This document shows positions 49,776 through 59,528 of a stretch of 64,000 nt of DNA, one piece after another. The notes below the pieces were generated by a model. It was not told where the DNA came from, made no database searches, and saw only the letters and a list, made by a program, of their open reading frames with translations. Source of the DNA: Opitutaceae bacterium (GTDB lineage Bacteria > Verrucomicrobiota > Verrucomicrobiia > Opitutales > Opitutaceae); contig JACKPU010000002.1 in assembly GCA_024233285.1 (NCBI GenBank), positions 324,954-388,953 of the forward strand. The letters run 5' to 3'. How positions within the stretch are numbered: position 1 is the first letter of the stretch; every line of letters starts with the position of its first letter. A program made the translations under genes and the position numbers.

Positions 49776-50873
49776 TTATGTTTGTGACACCGGCTGGCGA
49801 TTCAAACTGTTGAGCAGGCCGGCCGCGATGTCGTGAAACACGTTGGCTGCCTTGCCTTGGGGGTCGCGGACGACGATCGGCTGGCCCATGTCGCCGCCTT
49901 CGCGAATCTCCGGCAGGAGCGGCACCTGGCCAAGCAGCGTGGTGCCCAATTTTTCGGCCGTCGCGGCGCCGCCGCCGCTGCCGAACAGCTCGTGGCGGTT
50001 GCCGGCGGGATCGAGGAAATAGCTCATGTTTTCCGCCACGCCGAGCAACGGGACGTTGACCTTTTGAAACATCAGCCCGCCCTTGCGCGCGATGTTGGTC
50101 GCGGCGGTTTGCGGCGTGGTGACCAGCACGGCGCCGTCGAGCGGCAGGGTCTGGACGAGTGAGAGTTGCGCGTCACCGGTGCCGGGCGGCAGATCGATCA
50201 GTAGCAGGTCGATTTCGCCCCACTTCACGTTTTGGACGAATTGCTGCACGGTCTTCATGATCATCGGCCCGCGCCACACCACCGGGGTGTTGTCATCGAC
50301 GAGGAAACCCATGCTCATGACCTTCACGCCGTGGTGTTCCATCGGGATCAACATGGCGTCGGCGCCTTCGCCTTCGATCTCCGGCCGGCCGTTCAGGCCC
50401 ATCATGAGCGGCACGCTCGGACCGTAGATGTCGCAATCCATCAACCCCACGCGACCCGGCCGACCCTGTTTTTCGAGCAGTTGCGCCGCCGCACAGGCGA
50501 GATTGACCGAGAAAGTGCTTTTGCCGACTCCGCCCTTGCCCGAGGCCACGGCCACGGCGTGGGCGATGCCCTTGGGGCGTTGCGCGCCGGCGAGATTGCC
50601 ACCCGTGCCGCCGGGGGCGCTGGCGGATTTGACCGGGGTTACCGCCACATCGATGATGGTCTCTTTCACGCCCGGCACGGCGCGCAGGCATTGATCCACC
50701 TCGGTCTTCAGTTGCAACGGCACCTTGGGATCACTGGTGGTCAGTGCCAGCGATACCTTGGCGGTGCCATCGATAAACGCCGCCGAGCGCACGAGGCCGA
50801 ACGAGACAATGTCGCGGCTGAAGCCGGGATACTTCACTTGCTTGAGGTGGTTTTTGATGTCGTCAGCGGTCAC
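49776..50873 (-). CDS. mrp: Mrp/ApbC/NBP35 family ATPase
   Basis: N-terminal V.YP...DIVS.G domain, SGKGGVGKST, DIYGPS, WRGPM, DLPPGTGD, ENMS. Confidence 0.93.
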   Translation of the reverse strand: MTADDIKNHLKQVKYPGFSRDIVSFGLVRSAAFIDGTAKVSLALTTSDPKVPLQLKTEVDQCLRAVPGVKETIIDVAVTPVKSASAPGGTGGNLAGAQRPKGIAHAVAVASGKGGVGKSTFSVNLACAAAQLLEKQGRPGRVGLMDCDIYGPSVPLMMGLNGRPEIEGEGADAMLIPMEHHGVKVMSMGFLVDDNTPVVWRGPMIMKTVQQFVQNVKWGEIDLLLIDLPPGTGDAQLSLVQTLPLDGAVLVTTPQTAATNIARKGGLMFQKVNVPLLGVAENMSYFLDPAGNRHELFGSGGGAATAEKLGTTLLGQVPLLPEIREGGDMGQPIVVRDPQGKAANVFHDIAAGLLNSLNRQPVSQT

Positions 50874-50973
50874 AGCGGTGAAAAATGGGAACTGGAATGA
50901 AATAAAGTTGTTATGCCTAGGTGGCGTGTAAATAGAAATGCCCCGGCGATCAACCTAAGCCCCGTTTTCCCTC

Positions 50974-52167
50974 ATGCAAAATCTTCTGCGTATTTCCCTC
51001 TTTCTGTTTTTCGGCCTCAGTTTGGTGCAGGCCCAGCGCGACATCGGCCAAGTGAGCATCAGCGCCGACATCAAGACCGTTTCCGTGCGCGTCTCGGCGA
51101 ATGTGCCCGAACTGAACAATCTGGCGGTGCAGGCGTTTTCGGCGCACGGTCGTTATCGGGTCGTGGCCAGTGGATTTTCCTACGACATCCGATTCGCCCA
51201 GGTTTCCGGCAACCAAGTGCGCGTGGACATCAGCCGCAGTTCGGGCGATGTCGTGCACTCCGAAACGGTGGCGGGCAATGGTCCGCGTGATGCGCTGTTG
51301 CGCGCGGCGGATGTGGCGGTCGAACGCACGAATGGCGTGGGTCTGAAGGGTTTCTTCGCGGCCAAGCTGGCCTTCATCGGCGAACGCACCGGCAAGAAGG
51401 AGATTTATGTTTCCGATCTGTTCTTCGGCGACGTGAAACAAATCACCCGTGACAACGCGCAGGCGCTGACGCCGCGCTGGTCACCCGACGGCACCAAGCT
51501 GATTTACACCAGTTACTTCCGCTCCGGTTTCCCCGATATTTTCCAAATCGATCTCAATACCTATCAGCGCACGACTTTCGTGAGCTTCAAAGGCACGAAC
51601 AGCGGTGCGCGTTTCAGCCCGGATGGTCGTCAAACGACCATGGTGTTGAGCGGCGAGGGCAACGCCGAGATTTACGTCGGCAACGCGCAGGGCCGCCAGA
51701 TCCGTCGGCTCACGCGCACGGATGCGGTTGAGGCCTCGCCGTGTTTCTCGCCGGACGGTTCGCGCATCGTGTTTACGTCCGACGCCGCGGGCGGTCCGCA
51801 GCTTTACGTCATGTCGGTTGCCGGCGGCAGCATGCGTCGCGTGCCGACGAACATCAGCGGCTACTGTTCCGAGCCGGACTGGAATCGCGTGGATGCCAAC
51901 AAGATCGCGTTCACCATGCGTATCGGCAGCGGCTACCAGATCGCGCTCTATGACTTCTCCAAGGGCGGCGCGGCCAAGCAGGTTTCACATGCCGCGTTCG
52001 ACGGCATCGAGCCGTGCTGGCTGGCCGATGGCCGTCACTTGGTCTACACCGCGCGCGACCGTCGCACGAGCCGCATCTGTATTCTCGATACGGAGACGGG
52101 CAAAAGCACGCCGATCAGCCCGGCCAATTTCGGTCCCACCTTGCAGGCCAGCGCTTGGTGGCGCTGA
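50974..52167 (+). CDS. tolB: TolB-like beta-propeller periplasmic protein
   Basis: Signal peptide, N-terminal domain, WSPDG/FSPDG PD40 repeats, FTSD..GGPQLY. Confidence 0.8.
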   Translation: MQNLLRISLFLFFGLSLVQAQRDIGQVSISADIKTVSVRVSANVPELNNLAVQAFSAHGRYRVVASGFSYDIRFAQVSGNQVRVDISRSSGDVVHSETVAGNGPRDALLRAADVAVERTNGVGLKGFFAAKLAFIGERTGKKEIYVSDLFFGDVKQITRDNAQALTPRWSPDGTKLIYTSYFRSGFPDIFQIDLNTYQRTTFVSFKGTNSGARFSPDGRQTTMVLSGEGNAEIYVGNAQGRQIRRLTRTDAVEASPCFSPDGSRIVFTSDAAGGPQLYVMSVAGGSMRRVPTNISGYCSEPDWNRVDANKIAFTMRIGSGYQIALYDFSKGGAAKQVSHAAFDGIEPCWLADGRHLVYTARDRRTSRICILDTETGKSTPISPANFGPTLQASAWWR

Positions 52168-52182
52168 GATTCAACGGATCAC

Positions 52183-52214
52183 AAAAAAGCCGCACCCGTG
52201 AGGTGCGGCTTTTT
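52183..52214. terminator. Bidirectional terminator between tolB and sodA
   Basis: AAAAAAGCCGCACC-CGTGA-GGTGCGGCTTTTT. Confidence 0.9.
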
Positions 52215-52232
52215 GTTGAAGTGCGATGTCGC

Positions 52233-52865
<633 letters not shown>

Positions 52866-52929
52866 GTTTATCGTTCTGTTGGAGTTAATGTTAACGGGAA
52901 AGGACAACTTGCATCGACTGTCTGATTCG

Positions 52930-53469
52930 TCAACCGCCCGCTGTGTCTTCGTCGATTCGTTTCAAACGAAAAAAGGCCTGCAACAATTCGCGACACTCCG
53001 GCTCCATGATTTCGCCGGCGGAAATTTCGAGATGATGATTCACGCGGGGCAGGGCGTTGAGATCGGTCGCGCCGCCGAGGCAGCCCATCTTCGGATCACG
53101 CACCGCGTAGCACACGCGTTTGAGGCGCGACATCAGCGTGGCGCCCGAGCACATCGGGCAGGGTTCCTTGGTGACGTAGAGCGTGCAGCCGTCGAGCCGC
53201 CAGTCGCCAATCGCGTTGGCCGCCTGCGTGATGGCGAGCACCTCGGCGTGGGCCGTGGGATCGTGCGCGGCTTCCACGGTGTTGTGGGCGAGGGCGATGA
53301 TTTCGCCGTCGCGTTCGATCACGGCCCCGATCGGCACCTCGCCGCGGCGCCACGCGTCGATGGCCTGATTGTAGGCCAGATTCATGAAAAACGCGTCGTC
53401 GCGCACCAGTTGCGACGGGAAACGTTTCTCAAAAGGACACTCGGGGGCGGGTTTTCTGACTGAATCCAT
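52930..53469 (-). CDS. tadA: tRNA adenosine(34) deaminase
   Basis: [34 protein letters not shown]. Confidence 0.92.
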   Translation of the reverse strand: MDSVRKPAPECPFEKRFPSQLVRDDAFFMNLAYNQAIDAWRRGEVPIGAVIERDGEIIALAHNTVEAAHDPTAHAEVLAITQAANAIGDWRLDGCTLYVTKEPCPMCSGATLMSRLKRVCYAVRDPKMGCLGGATDLNALPRVNHHLEISAGEIMEPECRELLQAFFRLKRIDEDTAGG

Positions 53470-53613
53470 GGGTGGTCGGTGACGGCGTCCCGCGGGTGGC
53501 GCCACGGGTAAAGCCTTGACTTACCGGGGGCTTCTAGGGCTTACAAGTGGGTTTTACGACCTTCGAAACCTATTTATGCACCAAGTCCACGTTGTTCCGT
53601 CCCTCCTCATTGT

Positions 53614-53868
53614 ATGGCAGATGTAAATTCGATTGAGGTTGAAGGAAAGGTCGTCGCCGTTCTCCCCGGCACCATGTTTAAGGTCGAGTTGTCCAACGGC
53701 CACGTTGTGTTAGCCCACATTTCGGGCAAGCTCCGCAAGCACTTCATCAAGATCGCCACGGGCGACACGGTGAAGATGGAAATGAGCCCCTACGATTTGG
53801 AAAAAGCGCGCATCACCTATCGCGTGCGTGAGCAGAATCATCGCCCCGGTCCGTTCCGCCGGCGCTAA
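53614..53868 (+). CDS. infA: Translation initiation factor IF-1
   Basis: IEVEGKV...[21 protein letters not shown]...SPYDL...RITYR. Confidence 0.97.
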   Translation: MADVNSIEVEGKVVAVLPGTMFKVELSNGHVVLAHISGKLRKHFIKIATGDTVKMEMSPYDLEKARITYRVREQNHRPGPFRRR

Positions 53869-53880
53869 TTCCATCCGGCC

Positions 53881-54828
53881 ATGCCGGAGAAATCATCTAG
53901 TCGTCGTTCCGCTGCATCGCAGGCTGCGACCGGATTTGCCGAGGATATTGAAGGCTTTCTGAGCTTTCTGAGTTTGGAGCGCGGCCTCTCGCCCAAGACC
54001 CAGGAAGGGTATCTCAACGATCTGGACCAGTGCGCGGCGTTTCTCGCCAAGAGCGGGCACCAAGACTGGCGCACGGTCTCGGGCGAAGCGGTCGCCAAAT
54101 GGATTCACAGTCTGAGTGGGGCGGAGTATGCGGTCAGCAGTCTTGCGCGCAAACTCGCGGCCTTGCGCGGCCTTTCACGCTATCTGCAGCACGAGAAATT
54201 GCGGGACGACGATTTCACCGCGCTGCTGCGCACCCCCAAGCACGTGCGCAAGGTCCCGGGCACGCTGACCGCATTGGAGGTCGAAAAATTGCTCGCCGCG
54301 CCGACCGGTGGCGATGCGCACGCTCTGCGCGACAAGGCGATGCTCGAACTGTTTTATTCCAGCGGCCTGCGCGTCTCGGAACTCTGCGGATTGACGATTC
54401 AGCAAATCGACCTGCATCACGGCTTCCTCCGGGTATTCGGCAAAGGGTCCAAGGAGCGGGTGGTGCCGATCGGTCGCAAGGCCGCCGATGCCATCGCCGT
54501 GTGGCTCGAATCCGGCCGGCCGCATTTCGTGAAGCCGCGCACCGGGAGCACCCTGTTTCTCAGTGAACGTGGGACGGCGCTGTCCCGCGTCACGCTTTGG
54601 GTAATCGTCAAAAAATACGCGCGCCTCGCCGGCATCACCAAGCCGGTCAAACCGCATTTGCTGCGGCACTCGTTTGCCACGCACCTTTTGAGCGGCGGGG
54701 CGGATTTGCGCGCGATCCAGGAAATGCTCGGGCACGCCAATATCGCGACGACGCAGATCTACACGGCGGTCGAATCGAAACGGCTGATCGATCAGCACGC
54801 CAAGTTTCATCCGCGCAATCGCGGTTGA
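53881..54828 (+). CDS. xerD: XerD-like tyrosine recombinase
   Basis: ERGLS, GLRVSEL, GKGSKERVVP, HLLRHSFATHLL..GADLR.IQEMLGH..I.TTQIYT, HPR. Confidence 0.88.
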   Translation: MPEKSSSRRSAASQAATGFAEDIEGFLSFLSLERGLSPKTQEGYLNDLDQCAAFLAKSGHQDWRTVSGEAVAKWIHSLSGAEYAVSSLARKLAALRGLSRYLQHEKLRDDDFTALLRTPKHVRKVPGTLTALEVEKLLAAPTGGDAHALRDKAMLELFYSSGLRVSELCGLTIQQIDLHHGFLRVFGKGSKERVVPIGRKAADAIAVWLESGRPHFVKPRTGSTLFLSERGTALSRVTLWVIVKKYARLAGITKPVKPHLLRHSFATHLLSGGADLRAIQEMLGHANIATTQIYTAVESKRLIDQHAKFHPRNRG

Positions 54829-54835
54829 GTCGGGT

Positions 54836-55183
54836 TCAGTAACCCATCTCGCGCAGCTTCTCCTCGAAGGTGCGCTGTTCGATTTTTGCGCGGGTGTCGC
54901 TGCTCCAGCGCACCCGGCTGTCGTTGTCACTCTGGGCTCGGCGGCGTGCATACGTGTCCCATTCCAAGCCAGCCATTGCACGGGCCGCGTTTTCATCCGG
55001 CGCCCGACCGCCCTTCAGAAATTTGTCGTATTGGTTGTCCACGTAAGCCTGCCGGGCTACCTGATTGTCAAATGCCTCCGGCGCAGCAAGGCGGTCATTG
55101 GTTGCCGACGAAGGGGGCGTGTTGCAGGCCGTGCCGGCCAGCGAAAGGGCAATCAAAGCGGCGATGACCGAGGGACGGGTCAT
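54836..55183 (-). CDS. Putative lipoprotein
   Basis: MTRPSVIAALIALSLAGTA-C, a lipobox-like signal. Confidence 0.65.
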   Translation of the reverse strand: MTRPSVIAALIALSLAGTACNTPPSSATNDRLAAPEAFDNQVARQAYVDNQYDKFLKGGRAPDENAARAMAGLEWDTYARRRAQSDNDSRVRWSSDTRAKIEQRTFEEKLREMGY

Positions 55184-55265
55184 AATAGGATGATGCTCCG
55201 GACCGGCCCGCGGGTCAAGGCCGCGCGCGCTTGACGCCAACGGCGCGACGGCCCCTCTTTGGCCC

Positions 55266-55508
55266 ATGGCCACGCCGACCGAACAGAATTTTCAAGATTA
55301 CAAAAGCGCCGAAAAAAAGGCGCTCGAGATTGTGACCGCGATGAAGTCCGCCAGCGCGAAAAAAACCGACATCGAGCTGGCGCTGCTGGTGGCGATCTTC
55401 GAATTGCACAAAGGCTCCCTGCCGCCCCAAACAGTTGGCAACATCGTGCAGGGCCACCTCAAGCAGATCATTCCGTTCTACCAATCGAAGCAGCAGCCGA
55501 ACGGATGA
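55266..55508 (+). CDS. Small helical hypothetical protein (80 aa)
   Basis: ATG start, natural codon usage, fills the gap; no family recognised. Confidence 0.7.
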   Translation: MATPTEQNFQDYKSAEKKALEIVTAMKSASAKKTDIELALLVAIFELHKGSLPPQTVGNIVQGHLKQIIPFYQSKQQPNG

Positions 55509-55513
55509 AGTGA

Positions 55514-55539
55514 GGCGGGCATCGGAATCCCCGCCCGAC
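55514..55539. repeat. Degenerate REP-like hairpin between convergent genes
   Basis: Reverse complement GTCGGGCGGGGATTCCGATGCCCGCC resembles the GTAGGGCGGGATC..GATCCCGCC unit. Confidence 0.45.
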
Positions 55540-55543
55540 CGTT

Positions 55544-58393
55544 TCAGTCTCCCGCGCCCTCGAGGATCAGGCGGATGGAATCGAGGCGCAGGCGGGATTG
55601 TTCGATCGCAGTGCGGGTTTGGCGAACCTGCTTCTTGGCGAGATCGATTTCTTCGGGCCGCACATTGTCGTTGAGTTTGCCGAGCGTGACCAAGCGCTGG
55701 AGTTCGGCGGTCAGCGTGGCGGCGGCGTTTTCGCGGGCGGCCTGCCGCAGGGGTTGCGCCAGCGCCTCGGCGCGCTCGGTGGCGCCTTCGAGCAGGTTCT
55801 TGAGCAAGTTTGCGTTGAAGCCTGGTTTCTCCAAAAAGCGCGGCAGGGGGGCGTCTTCGAGATCGCGCGCGAGCTCCGCGGGATCACGTTCGCTCGTGAG
55901 GTCATGACCGTGAATATCGACGAGCACGCGAATCGGGGTCGGTGCGAGAAATTGATCCACGTGCCAGCGGGAGTCGCCGACGGTCTCCAACACGAAGACG
56001 GCTTCCAACAGGAGATTGGGCCGGTCGGCTTCGAGTAAACAGAATGCCGTGGTGCCGGCGGGTGATTCGATCAGCAGGTCGATCGTATCCTGCACGAGGG
56101 GATGGTCGGCAGTGATCAGACGGATGTCTTCGCGGGCGATGGCGCGCTCGCGCTGGTAGGTGGCGAGCATGCCTTCACGCGGAATGGACGGGAAGGCCTC
56201 GACGTAGGCGTGATCGGCATCGAGGTGCACGTCGCCTTCCTCGTGATCCGTCACGCGCACCCCGAAGTGATCGAGCAGGTCGGTGAGAAAACCGCGCAGT
56301 TTCGGATCGGTGTCGGCGGCGCGGACCTTGGCGATGACTCGCTGGGCGGCGGCGGCGTCAAACGAGTTGAGTTCGAGCAACCGGTCGCGGCCCTGCTTGA
56401 GCTTCTGGTTGAGCGTGGCGCGGAATTTTTCCGTTTCCGCGATGAGCTTCTCCAGTTTGGCGTGCGCAGTGGCGTGATCCTTCTCCTTGCCGAACTCGGC
56501 GGCGAGTTTGAGCAGGCGCTCATGGTAAGCGTCGCGATAATCGTTGCCGCCGTGCAGCGGGGCCTCGAACGCGTCGAGCCCGAGGTGATACCAGCGGGCG
56601 ATGGCTTCATCGGCACCGCCGACGAGATACGGCACGTGGATGCGAATGGTCTGCGTCTGACCGATGCGATCGAGCCGCCCGATGCGCTGCTCGACCAGGC
56701 CGGGATTGAGCGGCAGGTCGAACAGGACGAGGTGATGGGCGAATTGGAAATTCCGGCCTTCGCTGCCGATCTCGGAACAAATCAGGACCTGGGCGCCGGT
56801 CGGTTCGGCAAACCAAGCGGCCTGGCGGTCGCGCTGCACGAGCGGCAGGCCTTCGTGGAACAGCGCGAGGTTAAGGTTGAGCTTCTCCTTGATGGCGGCT
56901 TCGAGCGCGAGGACCTTGCGTTCGGATTTGCAGATGAGCAGCACCTTCGCGGCGGTATGCGATTTGAGGAATTTGAGCAACCAATCGACGCGCGGGTCGT
57001 CCTTGAACGAATACCGAATCTCGGCCTCCGCGCCGGTTTCCTCGGCGTGCATCTCGCGGGCGACCCGCGCGAGCAACGTGGCGGAGGCGCCTTCGATGGG
57101 GGCGGGACAATACAACCGCTTGGGGAAACCGCTCATCGCCGCGCGGGTGTTGCGGAATACCATGCGGCCCGTGCCATGTTGATCCAGCAAGGTGCGCAAC
57201 AGCGCGTCGCGTGCACCGGATTTTCCGGCAGTGAGATCGGCGAGGTGCTGGGCGAGCCCTTCCGGATCGCGGTCGAAGATTTTTTTCAACGCGGCCTGGT
57301 CCTTGGCGGTGAGCGGCTGATCCTCGATCAAACGATCGGCGATGGCCGCGACGGATCCGAAGCGTTCGGTCTCTTCGAGAAAGGTTTGATAGTCGTCGTA
57401 GCGATGCGGATCGAGCAGACGCAGCCGCGCGAAGTGGCCGGTCAACCCCAGCTGGGTGGGCGTGGCGGTGAGGAGCAGCAGGCCGGGGGTCTTTTGCGCG
57501 AGCGCCTCGACGAGTTGATAATCGGCGCTGGACTCCTGGGGCGTCCAACCGAGGTGATGCGCTTCGTCCACGATGACCAGATCCCAGCCCGCGGCGACGA
57601 CCTGCTCGCGGCGCTTTTCGTCGCCGGCCAGAAAGCCCACGCTGGCGAGCGCAAGTTGGCTGGAGAGAAACGGGTTTTTCTCGGGTTCACTTTCCTCGCA
57701 AGCGGCGCACCGGGCCTCGTCGAAGATGGTCAGCCACAAATTGAAACGCCGCAGCAGTTCGACGAACCATTGGTGCACCAGCGATTCGGGCACCAGAATC
57801 AGCGCGCGTTTGGTGCGGCCAACCGCGAGCAAGCGTTGGAGGATCAGGCAGGCCTCGATAGTTTTGCCGAGACCCACTTCATCCGCGAGCAGCACGCGCG
57901 GGATCTGCCGGCGCGAGACTTCGTTGAGAATGTAGAACTGATGCGGAATCAGGTCGATGCGACCGCCGAGAAACCCGCGCACTTCCGATTGGCGGAGCTG
58001 CGTCTGCATTTTCAGCGTGCGATGCCGCAGGTCAAAAACCTCGGCCGGATCGGCCTGGCCGGCGAGCAGGCGTTCGGCGGGTGAACTCACGCTGGTCAGA
58101 TCGGACACATTGGACTCCGGCACGGTGACGCCGCCGCCGGAGTAGACCAGGAGGCCGGCTTCCTCGGTGACGGTTTCCACGGTCAAAGTCCGGCCGTCGC
58201 GCGAGGCGATTTTGTCGCCGACATTGAACTGCACGCGTTTCAAGACCGGCGTGCCCCGGGCGTAGATGCGCTTTTCGCGCGTGGCGGCGAATTCGACCGT
58301 GATCCGGTTGTGATCGAGTTCCGTAACCGCACCCAAACCGAGTTCGGGTTCGCGTTCGCTCATGCATCGTTGTCCGACAAAATCCAAAGCCAT
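55544..58393 (-). CDS. rapA: RNA polymerase-associated SNF2 ATPase RapA (HepA)
   Basis: GQR..SE.EPELGLG, LIPHQ, LLADEVGLGKT, DEAHH, LTATP, SEIGSEGRNFQF, EQRIGRLDRIGQ. Confidence 0.95.
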   Translation of the reverse strand: MALDFVGQRCMSEREPELGLGAVTELDHNRITVEFAATREKRIYARGTPVLKRVQFNVGDKIASRDGRTLTVETVTEEAGLLVYSGGGVTVPESNVSDLTSVSSPAERLLAGQADPAEVFDLRHRTLKMQTQLRQSEVRGFLGGRIDLIPHQFYILNEVSRRQIPRVLLADEVGLGKTIEACLILQRLLAVGRTKRALILVPESLVHQWFVELLRRFNLWLTIFDEARCAACEESEPEKNPFLSSQLALASVGFLAGDEKRREQVVAAGWDLVIVDEAHHLGWTPQESSADYQLVEALAQKTPGLLLLTATPTQLGLTGHFARLRLLDPHRYDDYQTFLEETERFGSVAAIADRLIEDQPLTAKDQAALKKIFDRDPEGLAQHLADLTAGKSGARDALLRTLLDQHGTGRMVFRNTRAAMSGFPKRLYCPAPIEGASATLLARVAREMHAEETGAEAEIRYSFKDDPRVDWLLKFLKSHTAAKVLLICKSERKVLALEAAIKEKLNLNLALFHEGLPLVQRDRQAAWFAEPTGAQVLICSEIGSEGRNFQFAHHLVLFDLPLNPGLVEQRIGRLDRIGQTQTIRIHVPYLVGGADEAIARWYHLGLDAFEAPLHGGNDYRDAYHERLLKLAAEFGKEKDHATAHAKLEKLIAETEKFRATLNQKLKQGRDRLLELNSFDAAAAQRVIAKVRAADTDPKLRGFLTDLLDHFGVRVTDHEEGDVHLDADHAYVEAFPSIPREGMLATYQRERAIAREDIRLITADHPLVQDTIDLLIESPAGTTAFCLLEADRPNLLLEAVFVLETVGDSRWHVDQFLAPTPIRVLVDIHGHDLTSERDPAELARDLEDAPLPRFLEKPGFNANLLKNLLEGATERAEALAQPLRQAARENAAATLTAELQRLVTLGKLNDNVRPEEIDLAKKQVRQTRTAIEQSRLRLDSIRLILEGAGD

Positions 58394-58465
58394 AGTCCCA
58401 TAAAAAACGCCTGTTTGCCCAGCCTGACAAACGCGATTTTTGATCCCGGGCGCCGCGTGCTGCTT

Positions 58466-59455
58466 TTATTCGGCGGCGCTGCGTTCGAGCATGTAGAGTG
58501 CGTCGAGCGGCGACAGATCGGCGCGGGCTTCGAGCTTCTGGCGGATGAACTTGAAAGGCAACGCGATGCGCTCGGTCATCCACGGCGATTGCGTGCCAAA
58601 GGCGCTGAAGGATTCACCTTGGTAGAGTTTGCGCCGGATGGAATGGATGGCGTGAATAAAATCGCTGCGCGCGAGGTCCGACTTGATACCGTCCACCGGC
58701 GCGATGATCTGGCCGTTGCTCACGGCGACCTCCATGAAGGCCGCGTAGGGATTGCCGAGGCCGGTGTTTTTCATCTGGTCCATCGGGTTGATGATGCGAA
58801 ACCGGATGAGGTGGTTGCGGATTTCCGACGTGGCATCCTGCCGCGTCTGCAAAAACGGATCGCGCGAGAGCCCGCCTTTGACGATTTCGTTAAGCAGGCC
58901 CACATCCTCGCCGATCAACTGGCGGAACAGCACCAGCATGTCGACGAGGTGGTGATTGAGCAGCATTTGCAACGCGCCGTAAAAAAGCGGTTCACGTCCG
59001 TGCAGGCGGTCGAGCAAGGCGCGCACCGTCTCCGTGCGTCGGATCAAACCGGCCGTGACCGTGCCGGCTTCGTGCGCCTCGGCCAGCTGCCGGGCGGCGC
59101 GATGCGGGGTCTCGGAGGCGAGCACCTGATCGATCAGGTGTTGTTGTTCCGGCGAAACGGGGCGCACTTCTCCGGCGGCGGTTTTGACGAGATCCTCCAG
59201 CCAGTGCGTCGCGGCATGCCGATGGGCCGTCGTGACATAATAGAGTTCGTGACTGTCGTCCTCCGTCGTGCCGGTTTCATGTGGGAAGGGCGCGTCCGCC
59301 AGCAACTCGCGCGCCAGCGCGTTGGCCTCGGCGTCGCCGACCGGCAACGCAAACACCGCCCAAAGCCCCTCGGCAATCTCGTGATTGGCCCCGAAGTCGC
59401 GCTGCTGCGGGCGGATGAATTCGATCAGGATTTCTGGAGCGACTGAGCAGGGCAT
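58466..59455 (-). CDS. Hypothetical protein (329 aa)
   Basis: Long ORF with natural codon usage; no motif recognised. Confidence 0.7.
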   Translation of the reverse strand: MPCSVAPEILIEFIRPQQRDFGANHEIAEGLWAVFALPVGDAEANALARELLADAPFPHETGTTEDDSHELYYVTTAHRHAATHWLEDLVKTAAGEVRPVSPEQQHLIDQVLASETPHRAARQLAEAHEAGTVTAGLIRRTETVRALLDRLHGREPLFYGALQMLLNHHLVDMLVLFRQLIGEDVGLLNEIVKGGLSRDPFLQTRQDATSEIRNHLIRFRIINPMDQMKNTGLGNPYAAFMEVAVSNGQIIAPVDGIKSDLARSDFIHAIHSIRRKLYQGESFSAFGTQSPWMTERIALPFKFIRQKLEARADLSPLDALYMLERSAAE

Positions 59456-59528
59456 GCCGGGGTGTTTTCCTTAGGAAGGAAAGGTCTCTCCCATAGGCCT
59501 TGGCAAGCCTTGGCTGTGCATTCGTGAT

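Noticed and set aside
53881-54828. Tyrosine recombinase as a prophage or island integrase
   Set aside because: It has housekeeping XerD features, with no att repeats, tRNA or mobile cargo nearby
55544-58393. SNF2 helicase as a defence-system component
   Set aside because: N-terminal and C-terminal features match RapA; no methylase or nuclease partners are adjacent
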